From NCBI GenBank assembly GCA_963701965.1, contig OY969695.1, forward strand, positions 480,001 to 544,000: a stretch of DNA of 64,000 bases. Reading direction: 5' to 3'. Positions 18,601 to 27,393 of the stretch are shown here, piece after piece; position 1 is the first letter of the stretch, and each line of letters opens with the position of its first letter. The notes beneath the pieces are model-generated. The model was not told where the DNA came from. It worked only from the letters and a program-made list of their open reading frames with translations, and searched no databases. The DNA comes from an uncultured Gemmatimonadales bacterium. Its GTDB lineage: Bacteria > Gemmatimonadota > Gemmatimonadetes > Gemmatimonadales > Gemmatimonadaceae. The translations under genes and the position numbers were made by a program.

Positions 18601-18903
18601 GCCGCGGGCGAGTCGGGTCCGGAGCGATTCGCCTTCGACATACGCCATCACGAAGTACGGCAGGCCATCGAGCTCGCCGGACCCGATCACTGGAACGATC
18701 TGTGGGTGCGACAGCTTCGCGATGAGCGCGATCTCGGCTAGGAAACGGTCGGTCGCGAGCGGGTTGGCAAGGTCCCGTGGCAGAACCTTGATGACGACCC
18801 GGCGGTCGAGTGATTCGTCGTGCGCGAGGAAGACGGCGGACATGCCGCCGCCTTCCAGTCGCCGCGTGACGCGGTAGCGTCCTTCAATCAGCTGTTCTTC
18901 CAT
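15679..18903 (-). CDS. Hanks-type Ser/Thr kinase fused to duplicated MacB/FtsX-type ABC permease (ADOP)
   Basis: N-terminal GGGMSAV, VIKVL, HRDIKPDN, DFG and GTPVYMAPEQ, then ALGTGA-TAVYS, LL-A-SNVA-LLLARG-R-E-AIR-ALGA, DPGFDP, SY-VAQRTRELGIR-ALG and DPM-AMRAE, all in one frame. Confidence 0.9.
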   Translation of the reverse strand: MEEQLIEGRYRVTRRLEGGGMSAVFLAHDESLDRRVVIKVLPRDLANPLATDRFLAEIALIAKLSHPQIVPVIGSGELDGLPYFVMAYVEGESLRTRLARGPMSVRETASILIDIARALAFAHQNGVVHRDIKPDNILLTAHSAVLSDFGIAKSRTRAPMTSEGTSIGTPVYMAPEQIAGDSDVDARTDLYALGVVGYEMLVGTPPFTGPTVRKLMAAHLTEAPQPIAKRRSDVPPGVERILLQCLAKEPSQRPRSAVDVMRVLQDPEALSTPRTFVTAADVRGGLRGLIRSPSVTVYALICLALGTGAMTAVYSAIDRALIQPLPFAHARELVTVYRKALKFDTSPISAPNFVDLGRSVHTLRDLAAVYQTSGLVTLPDAAERLNLMRASGNTFSALGVSASHGRLLDSADAATDAPVVVLSHELWQTRFGGDTTLIGRSIQLDGRSRTVIGVLPPAFRLPHGDRRLEADVWIPLVFTPRELNTRGSDFLCAFGRLAPGTSASDADRELAQRFADIAKIYPDFRLESVRAVPMQADDIAHVRGPLMLLFGAVSLVLLVATSNVACLLLARGVHRQQEYAIRTALGASRWDVVRPVLVESLALAIAGVTCGVLLAWIGIRATGVHLSEDLPQLSNVFVGVRAIPFALVLSGLVAVVAGALPAWRGTRVDPQDVLRGGRGGGVRQSARRAFGTLVVVEVALSLILVIAAGLVIKAFTRLLDRDPGFDPTHVLTMETAISPVAYAPGTSVQRFLNPTINAIGRVPGVVAVGAISEIPFRRWGMNTGAQYENRPKEVPTRLPVVEVRDVTPGFFAVTQQRLLEGRLLQEADVQEGAPKVVVVNKALVKRDFPNEDPIGKRWYANDTSLATIVGVVSTIRNMGPLMEPRPEFYTPYTSSSVYNIMVRVRGDPLSVNRSVAAAVHSIDPQAAVTRVMPMKDVILDSVRRQRFFLVSITLFAGIAVVLVVAGLHGVLSYVVAQRTRELGIRTALGSTPARTVGLVVNGGFRLILVGVAFGLVGSALVTRVLSANLYGLSPLDTPTWLVATLALVAMGLLATLLPSLRAAAVDPMSAMRAE

Positions 18904-19510
18904 GCCTGCTGAGACAACGAAGAGCTCCTAAGGGTTTAGTCGGTACGCTCCACTACCTTCGCGTCCGAGGACCGCGGAGTTTCAAGACATCCCGCATCAA
19001 TGCCGGTCCCAAACCGGCGATGCGGATCCAACATTGTAACGTCTCCGGTTTCAGTGCGCTTTGATCGCGATGGCGTGATCGACGGGGATCAGGGTGACGG
19101 TGAACGGTGTTGCCGCATCATGGGACACGAGCGGGGTGGGGCCAGCCCCTGCCCCACAACCCGCCCGAGGGTGCGCATCCCTGCCGCCGTTCGGCAAGGC
19201 CACCCACCCAAGTACCACTGCGCGCGACACTTGGACGATTCGCGCCTCGCCCCACCATTGACGCCGTGCCCCTGGACGCGCCCGTGCGAGCGTAATGCGC
19301 TGCGGCGGCGGGTCTCGTGCCGTACCAACGCGCGCGCCTGATCCCTGTAACGACGGCCGACCACTGGATTCATCGACGACGCGCGGCGACTCCGCGGCGG
19401 AGCCCGACCTCTGCACCTGGCGGCGTACGAACAGCGGGCTCGTATGCCGAACGCTGCGCCACTAAGTTTGACGAACTCCTGCGGCGTCGTTCCCGTCCTC
19501 CCTTGACATC

Positions 19511-20575
19511 ATGAACCTGATTATCGGTATCGCGCTGCTCGCGCAGACGCAGCTCGTCTTTGGCATGGTTGGGCATCCCGGGACGCGGCGGCCGCCGGAG
19601 GCGAAGGCGCTCTGGGAAGATCCCGAGGTCCAGCTCACCACGCTTCAGGAACGTGGATTGCGGAGCTATCGGGTCAACATCATCCTCGACGACGACAGCC
19701 TCGCCGCGGCGGCGTACCTCCAACAGTTGGCCGACCTGGCGGATGCGCGTCACGTCACGCTGCATCCGATCTTGGTCGTCGCGGACCACGGATACGACCG
19801 CGTGCATCCGTTTGTGCGCCGTTTCGCCCATCGGATCAGGGATTGGGAGCTCGAGAACGAGGTCGATCACCGGCCAGGACTCAAGAGCATGACAGGGCCG
19901 CGCTCGGGTCTGTCCCCGGGCGACTACGACACCCCCCTGGCGCGTCAGTGGGCCGCTGTCATGCGCGACATGGCCCGCGCGGTCGCCGACGTTCGGACAG
20001 AGACAGGAGAGCCGCTCCGAACCGTCGTGGACTTCACGGCATTCGATTTTGGGTTGATCCCGTTTCTCGAACGAGAGGGCGTCACGATCGACGTCGTGGC
20101 GTACCACTACTACTTCGGACTCGGCGTCGATCCCTACCACGTCCGCGTCGTACCCGGGACGACGATCGACCTCTTCGCGAAACTCGGCGAGTTTCGCCGG
20201 CCCGTGATCATCAACGAGATGAACGCCGGCGAGATCCACGCGCCGAAACAGGGGAAACCGTACGACGACGAGCGAGCGCTCGCGAGCCTCGAGAAGCACA
20301 TCGACTACATCGTCGGACAACGAGAAGCGCGCATCGAAGGCATTGAGTTCTATGAGCTCTACGACGAGCCGTGGAAGGACGCCGTGGAGTCGAACTTTGG
20401 ATTCCTCGAAGCGCCTGGCCACACCAAGATCCAGATCCTGGTTGCGGCGGTCTATGCCTGCGGCCGGATCTCCAATGAGGAGCGGGCGACGCTGATCGCG
20501 CACCGTCTCTTTACCGAGCGGGAGCTTGCAACCCGGCGCGCCGCGTGCCGGGACTCGTCAGCGCACACCGGCTGA
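19511..20575 (+). CDS. secreted protein, possible clan GH-A glycoside hydrolase fold
   Basis: Signal-like N-terminus; WELENE, DVVAYHYY, PVIINEMN and YELYDEP...FG. Confidence 0.55.
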   Translation: MNLIIGIALLAQTQLVFGMVGHPGTRRPPEAKALWEDPEVQLTTLQERGLRSYRVNIILDDDSLAAAAYLQQLADLADARHVTLHPILVVADHGYDRVHPFVRRFAHRIRDWELENEVDHRPGLKSMTGPRSGLSPGDYDTPLARQWAAVMRDMARAVADVRTETGEPLRTVVDFTAFDFGLIPFLEREGVTIDVVAYHYYFGLGVDPYHVRVVPGTTIDLFAKLGEFRRPVIINEMNAGEIHAPKQGKPYDDERALASLEKHIDYIVGQREARIEGIEFYELYDEPWKDAVESNFGFLEAPGHTKIQILVAAVYACGRISNEERATLIAHRLFTERELATRRAACRDSSAHTG

Positions 20576-20691
20576 CGGATCAACTCGCGGCATCAGGGGC
20601 CGTTCGGTCGCTAACCGAACGGCCCTTGTCGTTTTGGCGATTCTGTGGGTGCCCATAGCCCCGGGGGGCGAGGCGGCGAGGGTGGCTCCGA

Positions 20692-20769
20692 TGCCTTCAA
20701 CCACTCGGCCACCCATCCAAGTACCACGGAGCGCGAGATTTAGACGATTCAGCCCCTGCCCCACAACCC
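20692..20769. repeat. direct repeat copy 2 (27-nt tRNA-Ser 5' fragment + upstream region)
   Basis: tgccttcaaccactcggccacccatccaagta...cagcccctgccccacaaccc matches 13449-13526. Confidence 0.9.
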
Positions 20770-20919
20770 GCGCTCAGGCCCCGTCGCGTGCCACGTGGGG
20801 CGCCAGATCACCGAAGATGCACCGGAAATCACTGGGTAGTGTCATGCTGCCGGCGTGGAGTGGTCCGCCAGACGAGTGTGCTCGTATCCTGCCACATTCA
20901 CTCGAACGAGGAGGAAAAA

Positions 20920-21939
20920 ATGAAAGCGCTGGCGCCTGTCGTTGCCCTTTGTGTGCTCCTCGGCGCGCGGGCACGCGTCGCTCCGGGTGACAGTGTCTAC
21001 ACGCGACCTGGACAAATAGTGGCGGCCGCGGATGGAGCGCGGCTCAACTTTTACTGCATGGGCACCGGGTCGCCCACCGTCGTCTTCGAATCGGGCTGGG
21101 GGGACTGGGCACCGGCTTGGGCGACCGTTCAGCCGAGGATTGGGGCGTGGACCCGAGCATGTAGCTACGACCGTGCGGGCGCCGGGTTCAGTGGCCCCGG
21201 TCCGCTGCCCCGTACCAGTGTGCGCATCGCCGAGGAACTGCATAGCGCGCTCCGAAACGCCGGCATCGCTGGGCCGTACATCCTGGTCGGCCACGCATTC
21301 GGGGGCGATCCCGCCCGCACGTTTGCCGATCTCTACACGCCGGATGTTGCGGGGCTCGTGCTCGAAGAGGCGGATGCCGGCGACGTCGAGCCCAAGACAC
21401 TGCAGGACGAGGATCACAGGGGTCAAGCCGCCTTCCTGCCCGACATCCGGGCCTGTCGCGATTCCGTAGCCGGTGGCAAGACCCTGCCGTCGGTGTCGCG
21501 GTACGGCGTGCGTCGCACGTGCGCGCAAAACACGTTCTTTCGCGGACTCCCCGAGAGCGAGTGGTCACCAGAGCTGAACGCCTCGCTGCTCCACATCGCG
21601 GAGACCAAGGCAGCGATGTACGACGCATTCTATTCCGAGATGGAGGAGGTCCCGTCGGACGAAGCCTGGCTCCAACAACACCGCCGCTCCCTGGGAGCGC
21701 GGCCAGTGCGCGTCCTGACCACCGGCAACCACGCGGTTGGGCATCTACCCGCGAGCAATGCGCGAGAGCCCAAGCACATAGAGTACGAGCACCAGATCGC
21801 GCTGGCGCAGGCGCGTTGGTTGACGCTGTCCTCGAACGCGAAGCAGATATTCGTGCCACAGAGCTCGGAATACATCCAGTTCGATCAGCCCGACGCGTTG
21901 ATCAGTGCCATCCGCGAAGTATATGACCAGAGCAAATGA
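20920..21939 (+). CDS. secreted alpha/beta-hydrolase fold protein with substituted catalytic residues
   Basis: GAGGAGG RBS; C-GTGSPTVVFESG-G and CSYDRAG-GFS. Elbow reads GHAFGG; the C-terminal His motif reads SSEYIQFDQP. Confidence 0.85.
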   Translation: MKALAPVVALCVLLGARARVAPGDSVYTRPGQIVAAADGARLNFYCMGTGSPTVVFESGWGDWAPAWATVQPRIGAWTRACSYDRAGAGFSGPGPLPRTSVRIAEELHSALRNAGIAGPYILVGHAFGGDPARTFADLYTPDVAGLVLEEADAGDVEPKTLQDEDHRGQAAFLPDIRACRDSVAGGKTLPSVSRYGVRRTCAQNTFFRGLPESEWSPELNASLLHIAETKAAMYDAFYSEMEEVPSDEAWLQQHRRSLGARPVRVLTTGNHAVGHLPASNAREPKHIEYEHQIALAQARWLTLSSNAKQIFVPQSSEYIQFDQPDALISAIREVYDQSK

Positions 21940-21946
21940 CCTGGCG

Positions 21947-22783
21947 TCAGCGCTTCGTGGGCGAGGTCGTGGGACGCACGGGGCGTGACAGTGTCGGATG
22001 ATCTCCCTCCGGACTCAATGTCGGCGACCGAATTTCACGTTGCAGTGAAAGGGACTCGAAGATGACCCAGGAGGCGCCCGCCAGGGCGAAGGTGAAAAGA
22101 AACTCGACCCAGTTTGACGGGAGCGACGGCTTCGTGATGACGGCGGGGATCCACACGAGCAGGGTGAAGAGACTCATCATCGACGCTTCCGACGCGGCCG
22201 CCAAACGCGGAAGGACCGAGAACACGACACCCAGTCCGGCCGCAATCTGTCCGGCCCCCGCCAGGTCGGCCCAGGCCGTCCGGTACGGCAGCCACGCCGG
22301 CACCAACGAAACCGTGCGGGCGGCAAACTCGAAAAAATGCGAGAGGCCGTAAGTCACCAGCGAGAGTCCGAAGACGATCTGCGCTACCCTCACGCCGCGC
22401 TCGAAGCGCGCCCCCGACCCGGAGAGCCAGACAAAGAGCACGGTGGCGGCCGCCGCGAGGACGGCGATCTCTCCAATCGCGAACCAGCTGATCTCCCGGG
22501 CGGGATCCAATACCGTGACCGGGACCCTCGACAGGGTCCACAAGAGCAGGAATGGGAGCAGGATGCGGATGGAAACTCGAGCCGTCTGGTCGAATAGCAG
22601 CCCGGCGCCCGTACCCAGCGTGATGATGACGGACAGGTAGCCGACCCACTTGAGTGCGGGAATCCACGCGGGCGCCGGCGGCCCAAACAGCAAGACCTGA
22701 TAGCCGTAGACGAGCAGAAGGCCGCCAATGCTCATCATCCCCAGCGCGAACACAATTCGGACGATCCTCTGGTTGGTACCCAT
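21947..22783 (-). CDS. multi-pass membrane protein (DoxX-like)
   Basis: About 8 TM segments; GLSHF...LVPAWLP...W-DLAG-G-IAAG. Confidence 0.7.
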   Translation of the reverse strand: MGTNQRIVRIVFALGMMSIGGLLLVYGYQVLLFGPPAPAWIPALKWVGYLSVIITLGTGAGLLFDQTARVSIRILLPFLLLWTLSRVPVTVLDPAREISWFAIGEIAVLAAAATVLFVWLSGSGARFERGVRVAQIVFGLSLVTYGLSHFFEFAARTVSLVPAWLPYRTAWADLAGAGQIAAGLGVVFSVLPRLAAASEASMMSLFTLLVWIPAVITKPSLPSNWVEFLFTFALAGASWVIFESLSLQREIRSPTLSPEGDHPTLSRPVRPTTSPTKR

Positions 22784-22857
22784 AGTCTTAACAACTTGTG
22801 GGCTCTGGACCGAACTGAGAAGCACCAAGTTCTTAGCACGCTATCATACCAAAAACG

Positions 22858-23814
22858 TCAGTGCTGCAGTGGCGGCGGTCGCATCAAGAACGAAATGCCG
22901 TCGCCCGCATCGTACGTGACCTTCCCATCGCCGGCCGGCTTGGCCTGTACGCGGCCCGCGCGGACCGCGCGGATGGCCGTCAGGAGCTCGGGAAGGATCG
23001 ACGGTTCGGCGATAGGCGCGTTGTGCGACCCGAGCACCTGGTGCAGGTGCGGCGCCAGGGCGGCCAAGCGCGCGACCGAGCGTTCGTATGCGTCGATGTC
23101 GGTCTCCGGACGATACAGCCAGATGGGTCCCGGGTAATACGTATCGCCAGTCCACAAGAGTCCGGCCGCCTCGTCGATCAGCGAAATCGAGTCCGGGGTG
23201 TGGCCGGGCGTCGAAAGGATGCGAAGGACGCGACCGCCCAGGTCCACCGTGTCGCCATCGTGGATCCAACGCGTAATACGAAACGGCCGCGTCGCGTACA
23301 GCTTCGCATCGAAGCCCGGCGGCAGATGCCCGCAGATAGACCCCGGCGTCAACTCGCCCTGCGCATCCGCGACCGAGCCCCGCGCGTTCGCGCGCGTGAA
23401 CGGGGTATCCATGCCGAGGATGGTCCCGAACTGCCAGTTGTCACCGACGTGATCGTCGTGCGTGTGGGAATTGAGCACCACGATCGGCAGCGCCGTGAGC
23501 GCGGTCACGACTTTCTTCAGGTTCCCGATCCCGAGCCCTGTATCGAACAGCGCCGCGCGATCGCGGCCGATGATGAGGTACGAGATGGCCTCTTCGGCCT
23601 GGTGCGGCTCGTAGACGGCGTACACGCCGGGCGCGACGGCGTAGACCTCGAACCATGGGTCCGCGGATGGGACGCGGTGAAGCAGCCGATACGCCGGCCG
23701 CGGGAGCTGCCGGCACCAGTCCGGCGTTTGCGCGTCGGCGCAGCCCGCCAGCCACAGCATGGCGATCGCGACCAGTCGCGAGCCAACTTTCAATGGGAAC
23801 GGTCCGGGCCACAT
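22858..23814 (-). CDS. MBL-fold metallo-hydrolase, probable lipoprotein (start uncertain)
   Basis: SHTHDDHVGD, TPGHTPDS, LWTGD, GSH; LAGC lipobox. Confidence 0.9.
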   Translation of the reverse strand: MWPGPFPLKVGSRLVAIAMLWLAGCADAQTPDWCRQLPRPAYRLLHRVPSADPWFEVYAVAPGVYAVYEPHQAEEAISYLIIGRDRAALFDTGLGIGNLKKVVTALTALPIVVLNSHTHDDHVGDNWQFGTILGMDTPFTRANARGSVADAQGELTPGSICGHLPPGFDAKLYATRPFRITRWIHDGDTVDLGGRVLRILSTPGHTPDSISLIDEAAGLLWTGDTYYPGPIWLYRPETDIDAYERSVARLAALAPHLHQVLGSHNAPIAEPSILPELLTAIRAVRAGRVQAKPAGDGKVTYDAGDGISFLMRPPPLQH

Positions 23815-23876
23815 GAGCCGGGAAACCTACACGCGAAGGTGGCGCTTCCGGGATAATCTGGCTACCATGGGCGTCC

Positions 23877-24512
23877 ATGACTACCGGGCCCAGCAGCCTC
23901 AATGCCTTCGTCCGCGACGCACTAACGATCGGACAGCCGCGGGCCGAGATCGCGCGCGTGCTCGCGGAGGCAGGCTGGTCCAAGGAGCAGGTGACGCTGG
24001 CCCTTGGCACTTATGCCGACGTCGCCTTCCCCATCGCAGTCCCCCGGCCTCGCGCCTCGCTTTCGGCCCGCGAAGCGTTTCTCTATCTCGTGCTGTTCAC
24101 TGCGCTCTACCTCAGCGCGTTCAATCTGGGAACAGCACTCTACGATTTGATCGATCGCGCGCTGCCCGATCCTGCGATGCAGAGCTACGGCGCCGGCGCG
24201 TCGATTCGCTGGGCCCTCGCTGGACTCGTCGTCGCGTTCCCAATATTCCTCTGGATCAGCAACTACGTCGGCCGCGAGGTGGCGGCAAACCCGGCGGGCC
24301 GGCTGTCGCCCGTCCGGCGCTGGTGCACATACCTGACACTGTTCATCGCGGTCACGTTCCTGATCGGCGATGCGACGACGCTCGTGTACAACGTCCTGAG
24401 CGGAGAGCTCACGACACGGTTCCTGCTCAAGGCGCTCGTCGTCGCGGCCATCGCGGGAAGCGCACTCGCGTACTACTTGCGCGACCTTCGTCAGAGCGAG
24501 CGGGAGAGCTGA
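23877..24512 (+). CDS. DUF5671-like membrane protein
   Basis: SAREAFLYLVLF-ALY, IRWALA-LVVAFP, RRW-TYLTLFIA and L-GELT-RFLLK. Confidence 0.75.
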   Translation: MTTGPSSLNAFVRDALTIGQPRAEIARVLAEAGWSKEQVTLALGTYADVAFPIAVPRPRASLSAREAFLYLVLFTALYLSAFNLGTALYDLIDRALPDPAMQSYGAGASIRWALAGLVVAFPIFLWISNYVGREVAANPAGRLSPVRRWCTYLTLFIAVTFLIGDATTLVYNVLSGELTTRFLLKALVVAAIAGSALAYYLRDLRQSERES

Positions 24513-24943
24513 TGGCGACGGGTGGCTTCTCTGTCGCGGCGATCGCCGCGACGGCAGTGGTGGCGGCCACGGTCATCGCCACGGTGGTCGTGACCGGCGG
24601 CCCATCGACGCAGCGCGAGATTCGCCTCGACGAGGGGCGGGCCAGGGATCTGACTCGGATCACGTCGGCAGTCAACGCCTATGCACTGCGCCACAACGTG
24701 CTTCCCACGTCGCTCGACTCAATGGTCCCCGACCATCAACTCAATGTCGTACCCAGCGACCCGATGACGCACAAGCCGTACACGTACACCACAACCGGTG
24801 TGACCACGTATCGACTCTGCGCGACGTTCCAGCGAGCCGTCGAGAAGGAAGACGACGGGATCGGTCGCTACGGGAAAGAATGGGACTATCACGGCCGCGG
24901 GCCCGCGTGCTACGATCTCCAGACGAATAAGCGCCCCCAGTAG
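24512..24943 (+). CDS. single-TM hypothetical protein with pilin/pseudopilin-like features
   Basis: TGATG coupling; N-terminal TM, GGP-QR-RLD-R-DL-I, LP-SL, DP-T-PYTY, YRLCATF, Cys pair. Confidence 0.7.
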   Translation: MATGGFSVAAIAATAVVAATVIATVVVTGGPSTQREIRLDEGRARDLTRITSAVNAYALRHNVLPTSLDSMVPDHQLNVVPSDPMTHKPYTYTTTGVTTYRLCATFQRAVEKEDDGIGRYGKEWDYHGRGPACYDLQTNKRPQ

Positions 24944-24974
24944 CGGCGAACGCGCCCAGAGCAGCGGCCGCCGA

Positions 24975-25296
24975 CTAGTCGTATCGCAACGCCTGTATGG
25001 GATCGATGCGGCTGGCGCGAATGGCCAGCACGAGGCCCGCACCCAGCGCGACCAGAGCGAGCAGGAGCGCCGACGTGGCGAAGACCACTGGGTCGGTGTT
25101 GGTAGAGCAATGCCGCGGCACAACGGCCCAGCACGAACGATCCCGGCATGCCGATCGATCCACCGATCGCCGTCATCAGGCCCACTTGGCCGAGCACCAT
25201 CCGGCGCACCCGGGCACGGTCGGCGCCGAGTGCCATGCGGACGCCGATCTCGCGGGTGCGTTGTGCCACGGAGTACGCGAGCGCGGACGCGATCAC
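24975..25296 (-). pseudogene. C-terminal fragment of ADOP/FtsX-type permease, frameshifted
   Basis: LAYSVAQRTREIGVRMALGA in one frame; DPVVF...RASRIDPIQALRYD in another. Confidence 0.8.
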
Positions 25297-25567
25297 CGAT
25301 ACGATCGTCGGCGTCGCGCGTCGCCCTGTCGTCTGAGTAAACGCCGGGAGGGAACGCTAAGGCTTCCGCGGCGTCACATTCTCGTAGAGGGCGTCCCGTT
25401 CGTGTTTCGATGCCTACACATTCCTCGGAAACGGGAGCGATTTCGACGAGGATCATCACGAGGATCATCATGTGTCGACGCCGAAGCGCCGCGAGATGCC
25501 GACGGAGAACCCGGTCGTCGGTTTCCCGTGAGGCATGCGAGCTGTCCCTCGGTCCTGCCCCCTTCCC

Positions 25568-27118
25568 CTAATTCGCGAAGAAGCCCGTAAACCTCGTCTT
25601 TGCGTTGAGCAGCGACTGGAACGCGTTCACCACGTCATCCCCGGACTTCCCTCCGATGACGAATACGTAGGTGGAGGGGAAGCGCTGAATGGCATACACC
25701 CAGGAGCTGCTTCTGTCGAATTGCCGCTTCATGACATCGAGATCGTTCGGCGATACCCATGTCGTTCGGTCCGCCAAGAGCGGCAGCGTGGCCGGCGACA
25801 CAACGATCATGGCATTCATCTTGTGGTAGAGCTTGAGCATGGTCCACGACGCGTCGTTCGCGACTCCTGCGGAGGGATAGATACCTCCGCTGAGGCGACG
25901 CCTGATGGGGTTGTTGACGACGTCGCTGAACGCCGTGTCATGAATGATCACTAGCTCGGTCAAGAGCCTGGCCGGCATCTGAAGAAGAGGTCCCATCCTG
26001 TGCTCGAGGGCGCTCAGGTACGACGCAGCAAAGGCCTGATCATACAGCGTCTTGCCGGTCGCAAGCTGACTCTTCAGAAACGGCAGAATGGCTTTCGCGG
26101 CCGCATCAATGGCGGAGTCGTTATACAGACCCCGATCGGATTCCAGCTTTGCCTTGAAGGTGGCGGGATCGAGCAGAAGCTCGCCGGCGATCCCGTTTCC
26201 CAGAGCAGTGGCCAGGGCTTCATTCAGAATGTTCAGTCCGGCCAAGGACAGAGAGTCCGGCGAGTCCGCGAAAGACTGGGAGAGAGCGCGCTTGTCTGCC
26301 TCTGACCCGCTGGCGTGAAAGAAATGACATAGTTCGTGGATCACCACGCCCAACCGGAAATTGACATCTTCGTCTGGTAAGAACTCCACGACAGCGTGGT
26401 TTTCCAGTTGCGTCCCCTTGGTGTGGTTGTCAGTCCCCTTGGGGCGATAAAAGAGATTGAGATAGATGGGATATTCACCCGGTAGATCGACATCGTAGAA
26501 CCGGGCGAACGATAGAATCGCGTCCTTGACGCTCTTTTGTGCCAGTCGGCTTTGCACGGTTCGCCGGTAGTGCTCGCAGGGGCCCTGCGCTTCCTCTTTC
26601 CACCACTTGGAAAAGCGTGGTTGGAAATGATCGATCACCGATTCAAGGGCCGGCAGGTCCGTCGGGGCGACGATTGCTTCCCAATGGCTGCGAAGCGCCA
26701 GCTCATCCCGGGCGTGGAACGTGGCGATGGCGAATTTGTCCTCCAACTCGATTCCGGTGGGGCCACTCCACGGAAGCGCCATCGGTTCGGCTCTCGACAC
26801 ATCCAGCACGATCTCGCCACGGTACTTCCGACGGAGGGCCCTCCAGCGGTCCAGGTGAACGTCGTCTTCTGCGGTCCAACCGATTCGCGTTTTCCAAAGA
26901 TTCAGATAGGTCGCCTGACTGCAGTTGATAGTCCCGGCCAGGCAATCGAGTTGGTAGACCAGGTTACTGAGCGGTAAGACCTGCACGATAAAATTGAGAC
27001 CTACCGTGTGCGCGGCGAACAGGTTGGGCGCGAGCAATGAGCCCAAGAGAGGCACAAGTGCGAGCCGACGCGTGGCGTTACCGCCGAGGGATCGCGTTGA
27101 CCTGACCATTTCTGTCAT
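25568..27118 (-). CDS. hypothetical zincin-like metallopeptidase
   Basis: VIHELCH followed by NILNEALATALG; signal-like segment; visibly lower GC. Start uncertain. Confidence 0.6.
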   Translation of the reverse strand: MTEMVRSTRSLGGNATRRLALVPLLGSLLAPNLFAAHTVGLNFIVQVLPLSNLVYQLDCLAGTINCSQATYLNLWKTRIGWTAEDDVHLDRWRALRRKYRGEIVLDVSRAEPMALPWSGPTGIELEDKFAIATFHARDELALRSHWEAIVAPTDLPALESVIDHFQPRFSKWWKEEAQGPCEHYRRTVQSRLAQKSVKDAILSFARFYDVDLPGEYPIYLNLFYRPKGTDNHTKGTQLENHAVVEFLPDEDVNFRLGVVIHELCHFFHASGSEADKRALSQSFADSPDSLSLAGLNILNEALATALGNGIAGELLLDPATFKAKLESDRGLYNDSAIDAAAKAILPFLKSQLATGKTLYDQAFAASYLSALEHRMGPLLQMPARLLTELVIIHDTAFSDVVNNPIRRRLSGGIYPSAGVANDASWTMLKLYHKMNAMIVVSPATLPLLADRTTWVSPNDLDVMKRQFDRSSSWVYAIQRFPSTYVFVIGGKSGDDVVNAFQSLLNAKTRFTGFFAN

Positions 27119-27265
27119 CCGGCCTCCGTAGTGGGACGGCGTTCGCGCCGTGGTCGGAACCGATAGCCCACGAGGGTGGCCAGCACCGCCCTGTCGGGTT
27201 GGGCGGTCTGCGCGTGCGCCGCCGGGGCCACCGCAACGATTCCCGCAGCCAAGAGTGATCCACAA
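27115..27265 (-). pseudogene. 5' fragment of a secreted protein (paralog of 28394-28664)
   Basis: LLAAGIVAVAPAAHAQTAQPDRAVLATLV. Confidence 0.55.
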
Positions 27266-27393
27266 ATGTGTCTCCTCACGTCGTTGCCGTACGAATCGGC
27301 ATCGAAGGTGGTTTCACCCACGAACCAGATGGCCGGAAGCATCTGATATACGTCCTTGTGGCCATCCGCTCACCGCCGTATCGTGTCGATCGG

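Larger units (their letters stand above)
13527..20691. mobile_element. putative degenerate genomic island between tRNA-derived direct repeats; no integrase seen
   Basis: Bounded by the 78-bp repeat. Contains a TA pair, gene fragments and GGGCACA motifs. Confidence 0.55.

Noticed and set aside
20692..20718. A third tRNA-Ser gene
   Set aside because: Only 27 nt of the 5' end is present, with no anticodon or T arm.
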